Shown: positions 36,423-45,554, counted from the stretch's first letter. The stretch: 52,762 nucleotides of DNA from Candidatus Collierbacteria bacterium (GCA_903884375.1 CAISER010000020.1:1-52762); one strand, 5' to 3'. The notes: generated by a model from the sequence alone, not told the origin. Made by a program: numbers and translations.

Positions 36423-38693
36423 GTGATAAGAGTGAAAAATAAAATAATCAAATATCTGCCAATCGTGTTTCTTATTGGGGTGGTTCTGGTCTATTATTGG
36501 AAAGTATTCCGAGGCTATATCCCCCTTCCTGGAGATTTACTTGTTGGCGCTTATTACCCATGGCTTGAGAGTAAATGGGGATATGCAGTAGGTGTTCCTG
36601 TAAAAAATACACTTATTTCTGATATTTTTTCCCAGTTCTTTATGTGGAAAGCCGAGATCGTCAAGAGTTTTATAAATCTAAAATGGCCGCTGTGGAATCC
36701 ATATTCATATTCAGGGTATCCCTTGATTGCCAATTATAACTCCGGACCTTTAAACCCGTTTAATCTAATAGAATTAATCCTGGGGAAAGTGAATGGATGG
36801 ACATGGTTAGTCGTTTCACAAGCAATTGGGTCAGTACTCTCAATGTATTGGTATCTTCGAACAATCAAGAAGGAGACCTTGCCTTCTTTAATTGGATCTG
36901 TTGTCTATGCTTTTGGTGGGTTCGCGATCTTATGGTCTCAGTTCGTAAATGCTGATTTTGCGATGATCTGGATACCTATCGTATTGATAGTTATTGAAAA
37001 AACAAAATCTAATAATGATAGAAGAAATTTACTGTGGCTTTCACCTTTATTCTTTTTGATTGTTACTGCTGGTCACTTACAGGCATTAATTTATGCTGCT
37101 ATTTTGACTGTTTTTTATTATGTATACCGCATTGGGATACAAAAAAAAGCATTTAATATATTCTTTTCTTTGGCTTTATTGTTTTCAATTTGCTTTAGCG
37201 CTATTCAACTATTGCCAACAGTAGAGTTGATGAACCATAGTATCCGTTTTGACGATAGTTCTATTGCGGGAATAAACTATGGTCTGCTTCCCCCGGAAAA
37301 TTTGATTACTCTAATCGCACCTGATTATTTCGGAAACCCATCAACTGGTAATTTTTGGGGGTATTTTAATTATCACGAGACGGTAACTTACGCTGGAGTG
37401 ATTGGTATAGTTGGTTTAATTTTTGGGCTCATATTCTTTAATAAACTTAAAATCGGTAAATTCTTTTTAATTGCAAGTGTTGTATCTCTTCTTTTCCAAT
37501 TTTCCACTCCGCTTGGCGAAGCGATATATAAATTTAAAGTACCATTCCTCTGGACTAGTGTGGCGGGACGAATAAATATGATTTATTTATTAGGGGTTAG
37601 TGTTGTGGTTGTGGAGATGATTGAAGAATTATCAAGCTTGTCTTGGATGCAAAAAGTGAGGATTTTTATTCCTTCAACATTAGCTCTTGGAATCGGTATG
37701 GTTATTAGTTTTTATTCTCTCCGTCTGTTGTCCCAGCCAGATATTGTTTCTCAACTTTATCCAAATATCAATAACTTAAATATCGGTCTAAGAAATCTTG
37801 CTTTTCCTTTGATGTTTTCGGGACTGTTGTTTGGAATATTTTTATTATCCCGAAAAATTAAGATATGGAAATGGTTAGTAATGATAATCGTATTAGCCGA
37901 TCTTTTTCGTTTTGGCTGGAAATACTCTCCAATTGTTCCAAAATTATTTGCATACCCACCAACCGAAATTACAGATTATCTTAAAAAAGATAAAAGTATA
38001 TTTCGGATTGACAAGGAAAGGGCTGAGATTATGCCACCGAATACCTGGATGGCTTATGAGCTATCTAGCCCTTCCGGCTATGACCCGATGGCAATATCAA
38101 AATATGTAAAAGCGTTTAATTTTGATCTTAATCTGGAGATGAACCCTGGAGTATCCAGATATTCCGAACTAACTAATTATGATGCGGAAGCTCTGGGAAA
38201 ATACAACGTCAAGTATCTATTGGCTATCAAACGCGACGAGAAGGCGGTGGTTCCCGGGGATAACATAAATTACCGAATAAATGAAAAAGAGTGGAAGAGA
38301 GTGTTTCAAACACCGGCTGTGGCAGTACTACTTAATACAAAATACAAAGAAAGGGCAAGAGTGATAAATAGTGATGGCACCGATGCAAAAGGAAGTACCG
38401 AGATAACTAGTTATGAAAATAATAAAGTAGTAATTAAATTTAATAATATCGACGGGACAAAGCTACTTTTATCAGATACCTATTATCCCGGCTGGGAGGC
38501 AACCATTAATGGGAGACAAACAAAGATAGGAGATGAAATAGTACCGTTTAGAACTGTGGATATTACAGGGATAAAGGATGGTGAAATTGTTTTTGAGTAT
38601 AAGCCACAAAGTTTTAGGTGGGGATTAGCGATTAGTGAAATTAGTCTGTTTATTTGGTTATTGATAGTTGTTTTGAACAAGAAGAAAGTTTAG
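36423..38693 (+). CDS. YfhO-family polytopic membrane glycosyltransferase (GT-C-like)
   Basis: 756 aa. N-terminal LPGDLLVGAYYPW, many TM helices, and a C-terminal extracytoplasmic domain ending LLLSDTYYPGWEATINGRQTKI...VPFRTVDI...GEIVFEYKP plus a terminal TM. The YYPGW-x-A-x-(I/V)-(N/D)-G pattern is characteristic of YfhO proteins. GTG start; the GTG at 36432 is an alternative. Confidence 0.7.
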   Translation: MIRVKNKIIKYLPIVFLIGVVLVYYWKVFRGYIPLPGDLLVGAYYPWLESKWGYAVGVPVKNTLISDIFSQFFMWKAEIVKSFINLKWPLWNPYSYSGYPLIANYNSGPLNPFNLIELILGKVNGWTWLVVSQAIGSVLSMYWYLRTIKKETLPSLIGSVVYAFGGFAILWSQFVNADFAMIWIPIVLIVIEKTKSNNDRRNLLWLSPLFFLIVTAGHLQALIYAAILTVFYYVYRIGIQKKAFNIFFSLALLFSICFSAIQLLPTVELMNHSIRFDDSSIAGINYGLLPPENLITLIAPDYFGNPSTGNFWGYFNYHETVTYAGVIGIVGLIFGLIFFNKLKIGKFFLIASVVSLLFQFSTPLGEAIYKFKVPFLWTSVAGRINMIYLLGVSVVVVEMIEELSSLSWMQKVRIFIPSTLALGIGMVISFYSLRLLSQPDIVSQLYPNINNLNIGLRNLAFPLMFSGLLFGIFLLSRKIKIWKWLVMIIVLADLFRFGWKYSPIVPKLFAYPPTEITDYLKKDKSIFRIDKERAEIMPPNTWMAYELSSPSGYDPMAISKYVKAFNFDLNLEMNPGVSRYSELTNYDAEALGKYNVKYLLAIKRDEKAVVPGDNINYRINEKEWKRVFQTPAVAVLLNTKYKERARVINSDGTDAKGSTEITSYENNKVVIKFNNIDGTKLLLSDTYYPGWEATINGRQTKIGDEIVPFRTVDITGIKDGEIVFEYKPQSFRWGLAISEISLFIWLLIVVLNKKKV

Positions 38694-40230
38694 AAACTTT
38701 AAGACTGTCGATAATAACCTTTTCTTTAACTTGACAAAGTTTACTAAAGTTTCCCATCCATAAATCGAACCTTTCTGAATGTTCACTATCACCTTGAATA
38801 ATAAGAAAAACAGGAGTACCTTCTTTGGTTGTTTTTTTCTTTGTCCAAGCCAGTTCTCCGTTTTGAATATAAATTGGTTGATTGGGAAGATAGGAAATTT
38901 CTTCCGGTTGATAACCATATTCTTTAGTTCCATACCACCAAAATAGATACTGGAAGGAATAATCGTAAATTGCCGGTAGATAACTATATGTTTTGAATGC
39001 CTCCCCATTGGCTTCCTGATAAACCCAATCAACTGCTTGTATTTCGTTTATTAAACTACTTGGGTCGTTTGATGGTTTTTGCAAATTATTTCTAAGATAT
39101 TCGTAATGAGCTTTTAGAGTATTGGTAATGGTAAATAAGATGACAAGAAATACAAGTAATTTACCAAAAGAATTAATGATATATATTTTTTCAAAAATAA
39201 CTGCAAAAAAGATAACAAGTGGTATGGTTAGAGAAAGTATGTACCATCCCTTAACTTGCATGGGGAAAATAAGATAAAAGACACAAGAAAAAACAAAGAG
39301 AAATAAAGATATGGTAATTGCTGTATCAGAAAATATATTTTTCTTTTTCTTCAAAATATAAATAATTCCGAAGATGATTAGACTTGGATAGATAATATTC
39401 AATACCTCCATGGGAATATGACTGGTGTTTCTAACTATGTCTATTAGAAGCTTTCCCCTTTCGGTGAGTCTTTCCGAAAGAGATAATTTGGTACCCAACA
39501 TATCTCCCCTGCCAGTTACTTGATCAAACAGTATCTTTGTCATGATGAAGCCGTGACGAAGTTCAAAAAGTACTTGTGGCAGAAGAGTAATCAAGAAACC
39601 AATGAACAAAGCGAGTAATTTCTTGATAGGGAAACGCTTGAATAATAAATAAACTAGAGCAAAGGGGAAAAATATAATGCCAAAGGCTGCCTCGATTTGG
39701 AGAGAGAGACCACTAATAAAACCAACAAGAAATGATCTTTTGAGGGTTCGTTTTTCCAACAAATAGATGAGTGCAGCAATAAATAAAATGGTAAAAATGG
39801 GCATAACATTGGCATTCCAAAAATAACGAGCCGTGTAAAAACCGGTAGGTAGAAGTGACAATAAAATTCCAACAACATTTGCAAGAACTCTGGATTTTTT
39901 CCGAAGAACAAGCCATAAAAGAACCACCGAGATTTGAAACCAGATAATCTGCCAAAACATTAGCGCCATGGGGTTTCCTCCAAAAATAATAAAGGGAAGC
40001 AAAAGAAAGTAATAATAGAAGGGCCCAAGAAGTACTCCGTTGATGCTCGTTGTCGGACCGACAAGACGGGGTGTGTGGGTAACTATCATTTGTCTTAAAT
40101 CCACGAGATCGCGCCCTTGGTCATAAGTAATGGGAATATTATTCCCCCAAACGGATAGAATTTTTATCAACAAACTAATTGCCAATGAAACAAAAAATAT
40201 GATTGTTAGAAGGTTGATTTCTTTCTTCAC
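38650..40230 (-). CDS. Polytopic GT-C-like membrane protein, paralogue A of a pair
   Basis: 526 aa, GTG start. Loop 1 reads PITYDQGRDLVDLRQMIVTHTPRLVGPTTSINGVLLGPFYYYF. Also QIEAAFGIIFFP and a C-terminal domain YSFQYLFWWYGTKEYGYQPEE...WTKKK...VFLIIQGDSEH. Its 3' end overlaps the convergent YfhO gene by 44 nt. Confidence 0.6.
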   Translation of the reverse strand: MKKEINLLTIIFFVSLAISLLIKILSVWGNNIPITYDQGRDLVDLRQMIVTHTPRLVGPTTSINGVLLGPFYYYFLLLPFIIFGGNPMALMFWQIIWFQISVVLLWLVLRKKSRVLANVVGILLSLLPTGFYTARYFWNANVMPIFTILFIAALIYLLEKRTLKRSFLVGFISGLSLQIEAAFGIIFFPFALVYLLFKRFPIKKLLALFIGFLITLLPQVLFELRHGFIMTKILFDQVTGRGDMLGTKLSLSERLTERGKLLIDIVRNTSHIPMEVLNIIYPSLIIFGIIYILKKKKNIFSDTAITISLFLFVFSCVFYLIFPMQVKGWYILSLTIPLVIFFAVIFEKIYIINSFGKLLVFLVILFTITNTLKAHYEYLRNNLQKPSNDPSSLINEIQAVDWVYQEANGEAFKTYSYLPAIYDYSFQYLFWWYGTKEYGYQPEEISYLPNQPIYIQNGELAWTKKKTTKEGTPVFLIIQGDSEHSERFDLWMGNFSKLCQVKEKVIIDSLKVSKLSSCSKQLSITK

Positions 40231-40280
40231 ATCATTAGTTTAACAGTGTTTTACCATTCACGGTTATTATTTAAAACTTC

Positions 40281-41840
40281 CTAATTATTTTGATGATCAA
40301 TTCTTTCTATGGTAGTGTCCCAAGGAAAAGATAATATCGTTGAGGCTTTTGGAAAACTTTTCCTCCAATCATTTGCCCTTTCCGGGTAGGTAGAGTCTTT
40401 TTCGATAATAAGGAAAGTAATTTCATTAACCGATTCTTTTTTCTTAGTCCAAAAGAGAGAGTTATTTTTTATATAATCGGTTTCTCCAGGAAAATAGGAC
40501 ATAATGCTTGGTTGATAACCGTATTTTTTTGTGCCATACCACCAGAATAAATACTGGTATCGGTAATCGAGAACTTGTGGAGTGTAGTTATAGACCTTGA
40601 ATGCACTACCTGAAGCATTGGTGTACACATTATCGACAACGATTAACATGTTGTTTAGATTTGCTAAATCATTTGATTTACCTTTTTCGTTATAAAGATA
40701 AGAAATTTTTGAGGAAACCGATAAAATAACTGCCAAAAGAATAACTGCGATTGAGCTAATATTAAACCAGTGTTTTTCCGAAATAATGGTTAGCGAAGAG
40801 GCAAATGAATAAATTCCCAGGGGTACAAGACCATAGAGATACCAATCTCTTATATTGAAAGGAAAGATAATAAAAAATAGCAAAAACGAGAAAATAATAT
40901 AGAGATTAGTTTTTAAAAATATTAAATTTTCCGAGTTCCGTTTCGCCATAATCAAAGCCAAAATGACAGCTGAAAAAATTACTAACAAGGGAAGATATGA
41001 GGCATCTGAAAATATCGATCGGAAATAGGTGAATCGATTAATTATCATGCTCGATAAGGATAGTCTTTGTCCTAACCAATCAGTACCACCCGAAAACTCA
41101 CTAATCATTGATTTGGTCATTATTAGGCCATGACGAATATCAAAGATTATTTGCGGTAAGAGAGTAACGATAAAGCCTAGAAATAAGGGAATTAGATTTT
41201 TTTCTTTTTTTGGCCTTTTAATGTGAAGAAATAAGGAAACTGGAAAAAATAAAATACCGACTGCCGCTTCGACCTGAAGGATTACACCACATAATAGGCC
41301 TTCAAAGAAAGAGAATAATTTTGATTTGAAAAAGAGAAATAATGGAAACAGTGCCGCAAAATAATAAGCAGAGTTTGCATTCCAAGAAAACTTAACCGAA
41401 AAAGCAGCTGTTGGAGAAAATAAAAATAATATGGCTGAATAAAATGCTAAAGATTTATTTTTCTTTCTTAAAACAAAATATATTATTAAGGAAATAAGGT
41501 GCATAGTAATAATTTGAAATTTCACTAACCCAAGAGGATCTCCACCGTACAAGACAAAGGGTATGGAATTGAAGTAAGCCCAAAATGGACCATAATATAA
41601 ACCGATGATATCTGTAGCAGGACCGATAAGAAGAGGTATTTTTGTGACTACCATGCGACGAATTTCCATCATCTCCCTGGCTTGATCAAAGGTAAAAGCT
41701 ATGTCATAGTTTTTTATTCTTTGAAAACTTAAAACCAACATCACGAGAAATAAGATAGCAAAAATTAAGACATCAAAGTATTTTTCAATAAAATTTCGAA
41801 AATTGAAATTCATTTCAAAGGAGCTTTTTTTGATTGACAA
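40281..41840 (-). CDS. Polytopic GT-C-like membrane protein, paralogue B of a pair
   Basis: 519 aa. IAFTFDQAREMMEIRRMVVTKIPLLIGPATDIIGLYYGPFWAYF; QVEAAVGILFFP; YRYQYLFWWYGTKKYGYQPS...WTKKK...TFLIIEKDSTY. Colinear with 38650-40230. Confidence 0.6.
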   Translation of the reverse strand: MSIKKSSFEMNFNFRNFIEKYFDVLIFAILFLVMLVLSFQRIKNYDIAFTFDQAREMMEIRRMVVTKIPLLIGPATDIIGLYYGPFWAYFNSIPFVLYGGDPLGLVKFQIITMHLISLIIYFVLRKKNKSLAFYSAILFLFSPTAAFSVKFSWNANSAYYFAALFPLFLFFKSKLFSFFEGLLCGVILQVEAAVGILFFPVSLFLHIKRPKKEKNLIPLFLGFIVTLLPQIIFDIRHGLIMTKSMISEFSGGTDWLGQRLSLSSMIINRFTYFRSIFSDASYLPLLVIFSAVILALIMAKRNSENLIFLKTNLYIIFSFLLFFIIFPFNIRDWYLYGLVPLGIYSFASSLTIISEKHWFNISSIAVILLAVILSVSSKISYLYNEKGKSNDLANLNNMLIVVDNVYTNASGSAFKVYNYTPQVLDYRYQYLFWWYGTKKYGYQPSIMSYFPGETDYIKNNSLFWTKKKESVNEITFLIIEKDSTYPERANDWRKSFPKASTILSFPWDTTIERIDHQNN

Positions 41841-42879
41841 AAAAAGAAGCTTGAGAATATTCCATAGACCTTTTTATGGCAGAATTTTGATATTTATTTA
41901 ATAATTTATCATTATTAATTAATTTTTGAGTATTTAAGGCGATTTCTTGAGCGTTGGCACAGAGAAAACCGGATTCTTCGGTAATTATTTCTTTTGGGCC
42001 ACCCTTGGCAATTACAAGTGGTATTGCACCTGCTGCCATGGCTTCAACAGTGGTCATTCCAAAATGCTCAACTTTTTCCGGATCTGTTTCTTCGTTGATT
42101 TCAAACCCAGCAGCATGCCAGAAATATTTAGCTTTGGCGTAAAGACTCTTTAATTTATCAAAGTCCGGATCAACAATAAATTTGATTGGTAGTGACCCTG
42201 CTTTTTTCTTAAGTGTTTCGAGAGTTTCTGATTCTCCGTGACTTCCTCCAGCTAACAATAATTGATAGTCTGGGTGTGATTTGTATAGAATTTTGTAGGC
42301 ATCGATAAGAATATCTTGACGTTTTGGGTGACTGGGAGAATCAAAACGAGCAACAGAAAGAATAATATTTTCTTTGGCACCGGGCTTAATACTTTGAACA
42401 TCGATTGGAGGATAAAGAATAAAACTTTTTCTTTTGGAAAAATGAGTTTCGTGAACCTTGGCGGTAAAACGTGAGTTGTAGACAAATTTATGAATAAATA
42501 TTGTTTTTATTCTATTAATAATTGGATTGCCACCGATTGTCTTGAAGGGAACTTGAAAATGAACAAGATTTTTTTTGGAAAAGAGAAAAGGTAAACTACC
42601 ATCACTAACAGCAAATATTAGACCATAACGAATAGTGAAGAGAAATTTACGGAGTAAAGAGGTTTTTCCGGTAAATAACATAAAGGCTTTTTTATTTATT
42701 TTTATTTTGGATAGATCGAGACCAAATCTGTTTTCTGCTGCAATAATAGTTTCGTGATTTCCCCAAGCAAGTTCAACCGAATAACCTTGCGCCAACAATC
42801 CCATGGCAAAGGTAAGTATATAACGCTCCCCTCCTCCAAGAGTATCCAGGTAGGGGTCGAAGATTAAAGCTTTTTTCAT
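41815..42879 (-). CDS. GT4 glycosyltransferase, ALG11-like
   Basis: 354 aa. N-terminal IFDPYLDTLGGGERYILTFA and C-terminal EHFGMTTVEAMAAGAIPLVIAKGGPKEII (E-x7-E). They resemble the GGGGERVLW and EHFGI..VE.MAAG signatures I recall for ALG11-type alpha-1,2-mannosyltransferases. Confidence 0.65.
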   Translation of the reverse strand: MKKALIFDPYLDTLGGGERYILTFAMGLLAQGYSVELAWGNHETIIAAENRFGLDLSKIKINKKAFMLFTGKTSLLRKFLFTIRYGLIFAVSDGSLPFLFSKKNLVHFQVPFKTIGGNPIINRIKTIFIHKFVYNSRFTAKVHETHFSKRKSFILYPPIDVQSIKPGAKENIILSVARFDSPSHPKRQDILIDAYKILYKSHPDYQLLLAGGSHGESETLETLKKKAGSLPIKFIVDPDFDKLKSLYAKAKYFWHAAGFEINEETDPEKVEHFGMTTVEAMAAGAIPLVIAKGGPKEIITEESGFLCANAQEIALNTQKLINNDKLLNKYQNSAIKRSMEYSQASFFVNQKKLL

Positions 42880-42893
42880 ATATATTTTTACAG

Positions 42894-42914
42894 ATTCCCG
42901 ATCAGATCGGGAAT
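42894..42914. repeat. Perfect 10+1+10 palindrome ATTCCCGATC-A-GATCGGGAAT in a 42-nt intergenic gap
   Basis: Read directly from 42894-42914. It lies between the stop of the GT2 gene (42922) and the start of the GT4 gene (42879) and contains two GATC sites. It could form an RNA hairpin on the minus-strand transcript or act as a dimeric protein-binding site. Confidence 0.9.
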
Positions 42915-42921
42915 GACAGAA

Positions 42922-43731
42922 TTATTTTTCTTTTATTTTTAACTCGATAAGAAGATCATCGTCGACTTTTTTATAAGTGTCTGACAATGACGGTTTTCTT
43001 TGAGCTTCCCATAATCGTTCATATGTCATAAATTTACTAAACATTTGATAGATTATCTCAATCCAACCCTCAGTGCCATCTTTCCAAAGACCTTGTTTGA
43101 CGGCGCGATACCAAAACTCGGTAAACATAATTCTTATAAAGCGCCAACCTTTCATTTGTGGGTGCTTGGCATCAAGAAGCATTTGACTTTCAAGTTTTGA
43201 CCAACGCAGGGTACTTAATATTTTTTCATCAATATTTTTGTGAGAAAGATGAACCATTTGATGCCGTAAATCTCCAATGGTACCTTCTATCTTTGGCTGT
43301 TCGTGGAGCTTTCCTTCCCAGCGTTTGAGAGCTGACTTTTTCATCAAGCGAAGAACACGAGGATCACCCCAATGATTTAAGTGTTTGCCAAGAAATATTT
43401 CAAAACGGCTGATGGTGTACGCTTGATGTTCGGGATTTTCGACAGTATTAATAATTTCATTGGCTAGTTTGACCGGTATACGTTCATCCGAGTCGAGATA
43501 AAGTAACCATTCGCCTTTGGCTTCTTTGGCACCATCATTTCGCCACTTGGCAAAACTGTCTCCTGTGGCGTGAATTATTTTGACGCCATGTTTACGACAA
43601 ATATCAACTGTGTTGTCGGTTGATCCGGTATCAACAACTATTATTTCCGATGCGAATTGTGATGTTTTGATAGCCGGAACGATTTCTTCGGAAACATTCT
43701 TGGCAAGGATAATGACGGAAATATTTTTCAT
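42922..43731 (-). CDS. GT2 glycosyltransferase (LgtF/WaaE-like subfamily)
   Basis: 269 aa. ISVIILAKNVSEEIVPAIKTSQFASEIIVVDTGSTDNT, YLDSDE (DxD), C-terminal GTEGWIEIIYQMFSKFMTYERLWE. Confidence 0.8.
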   Translation of the reverse strand: MKNISVIILAKNVSEEIVPAIKTSQFASEIIVVDTGSTDNTVDICRKHGVKIIHATGDSFAKWRNDGAKEAKGEWLLYLDSDERIPVKLANEIINTVENPEHQAYTISRFEIFLGKHLNHWGDPRVLRLMKKSALKRWEGKLHEQPKIEGTIGDLRHQMVHLSHKNIDEKILSTLRWSKLESQMLLDAKHPQMKGWRFIRIMFTEFWYRAVKQGLWKDGTEGWIEIIYQMFSKFMTYERLWEAQRKPSLSDTYKKVDDDLLIELKIKEK

Positions 43732-44639
43732 TTTTGTTTAATCCATGAACCTCCACCTAATTTTCTGATAAAGAAATCACGAACTGCTTGTTTTTGGGCT
43801 TTTGTGCCGATAAATGATTTTTTGACAGCTTCACGAAGAAGAGCAATCTTTGTTCTTGTTTTGGCATAATCCATGCCAAATAAAAGTCTGTTTCTGGTTA
43901 TAAAATAATCGTTTAAAGGTGAGCCAATGCCGGAACTTTGGGCAACTTTGTGCCAAAGTTTAACGCTGGAATCAAATACCAATTTGAAACCGGCTTTTTT
44001 GATTCTCATTCCCAAATCCGAGTCTTCGAAATATAAACAGTACCTTTCATCAAAAAGCCCAACTTTTTTTAAGACTTCGGCTTTGGTAATAAATAAACAG
44101 CCGGTAATAAAATCTGTTTCTCTTACACCATCAAATTGACCTGTATCAACTTCATTGACACCAATGTGTTTGGCATAGACATTATTCCAGTCGTATTCTC
44201 CTCCTGCATACCAAACAACTTTTCCAAGCTCATCTTTTTGATATTTATTTTCAAATTCAAAACCTTTAGCAAAATAAATTAAACCACCGACAGCTCCAAT
44301 TGATTTGTCAGCAATAGGTGAGGCAAGAATTTTTAGAATGAGGTCTTCGGGGACAACGGTATCATTATTAATGAGGACGATTAAATCACAACCATCTTCG
44401 ATGGTTTTCCGGAAGCCGAGATTATTTCCAGCGGCGAAACCAATATTTCCGGGACTTTCGACATAAACGACCTGAGGATATTTAGCAAGTTTTTTTTTGA
44501 GTTCTGACGAGTTATCATTATCAACAACATAAACCGTTGAGGAAACTCCCAGAGGAAGGCTGTTTTTATCCAATTGTTTGACAACATCAAGAGTGTCTTG
44601 ATCGCTATGAAAGTTGATAGTAATAAAACCGATTTTCAT
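43728..44639 (-). CDS. GT2 glycosyltransferase (COG1216-like subfamily)
   Basis: 303 aa. IGFITINFHSDQDTLDVV, VYVVDNDNS, NIGFAAGNN, LINNDTVVPE, LYFEDSDLGMRIKKAGF. Confidence 0.8.
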   Translation of the reverse strand: MKIGFITINFHSDQDTLDVVKQLDKNSLPLGVSSTVYVVDNDNSSELKKKLAKYPQVVYVESPGNIGFAAGNNLGFRKTIEDGCDLIVLINNDTVVPEDLILKILASPIADKSIGAVGGLIYFAKGFEFENKYQKDELGKVVWYAGGEYDWNNVYAKHIGVNEVDTGQFDGVRETDFITGCLFITKAEVLKKVGLFDERYCLYFEDSDLGMRIKKAGFKLVFDSSVKLWHKVAQSSGIGSPLNDYFITRNRLLFGMDYAKTRTKIALLREAVKKSFIGTKAQKQAVRDFFIRKLGGGSWIKQK

Positions 44640-45553
44640 TTTGAAATTTTGCGTTTGATTTTGAGCAAAAATCTTTTGGCTTTTTGAGGTTCTGATTGAA
44701 TTAATACAGTGAGATACCAGTATCGAAGTTCCTTAAATTTCTCGAGAAAAAGCTTTTGCCAAATTGGGGTAAAAGAACCGACTTTTTTTGATTGATGTCC
44801 TTCGTGTTGCCATACCTTTAAATAAATGAGCATCACCGAAAACATTTGCAAGAACGCAAGAACCAAACCATGAAGACCGTCTTTATAACCTTCTCCGGCA
44901 AAGAAACGGCTAATAAATTCACCGATGGGTTTTGTTATTAAATCTTTGACATCGAAAACATAACCCGAACCAATCAATTCTTTTGATTGTTGGGTGGAAT
45001 AACGAAGTGACCTTTCAAAGTATTCGTCTATGGTATCGTAATGATGATGTTCGATAGCTAATGTTTCTTCCGCATCAATATTTATACCGTTGCCGGTGGT
45101 AATTGGAATAGAATGAATTTCATTTTGCCATTGCACTGCCCCTTTCTTAAAAAAACGGATGTTGTAGTCTGGCCACCAACGAGAGTGTTGTATCCATTGA
45201 CCAAAGATGAGATTTTTCCTGGGGATTCTGACAAAATCAACATCTCCTTTTTCGGTGATTTCAATAAGTTTCCTGGCAAGAGTTTTGGGGATTCGTTCAT
45301 CTGCGTCGACAATTAATATCCATTTCCCCGTGGCTTTATTGATAGCAATATTTCTTGCCGGTTCAACAAAACCAACCATTTCCGTATCAAAGATTTTATC
45401 CGTAAAGTTTTTGGCAATCTGTTTGGTTTTATCTGTAGACTCCATGTCTACAACGATAATTTCTTCAGCAAACTGAAGTGATTTTAAACATTGTTCGATA
45501 TTTTTTTCTTCGTTTCGTGTGTTGACGACTGCCGATATATTGAGTGTAGACAT
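44636..45553 (-). CDS. GT2 glycosyltransferase (LgtF/WaaE-like subfamily)
   Basis: 305 aa. ISAVVNTRNEEKNIEQCLKSLQFAEEIIVVDMESTDKT, IVDADE (DxD), C-terminal GLHGLVLAFLQMFSVMLIYLKVWQ. Confidence 0.8.
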   Translation of the reverse strand: MSTLNISAVVNTRNEEKNIEQCLKSLQFAEEIIVVDMESTDKTKQIAKNFTDKIFDTEMVGFVEPARNIAINKATGKWILIVDADERIPKTLARKLIEITEKGDVDFVRIPRKNLIFGQWIQHSRWWPDYNIRFFKKGAVQWQNEIHSIPITTGNGINIDAEETLAIEHHHYDTIDEYFERSLRYSTQQSKELIGSGYVFDVKDLITKPIGEFISRFFAGEGYKDGLHGLVLAFLQMFSVMLIYLKVWQHEGHQSKKVGSFTPIWQKLFLEKFKELRYWYLTVLIQSEPQKAKRFLLKIKRKISK

Positions 45554-45554
45554 G

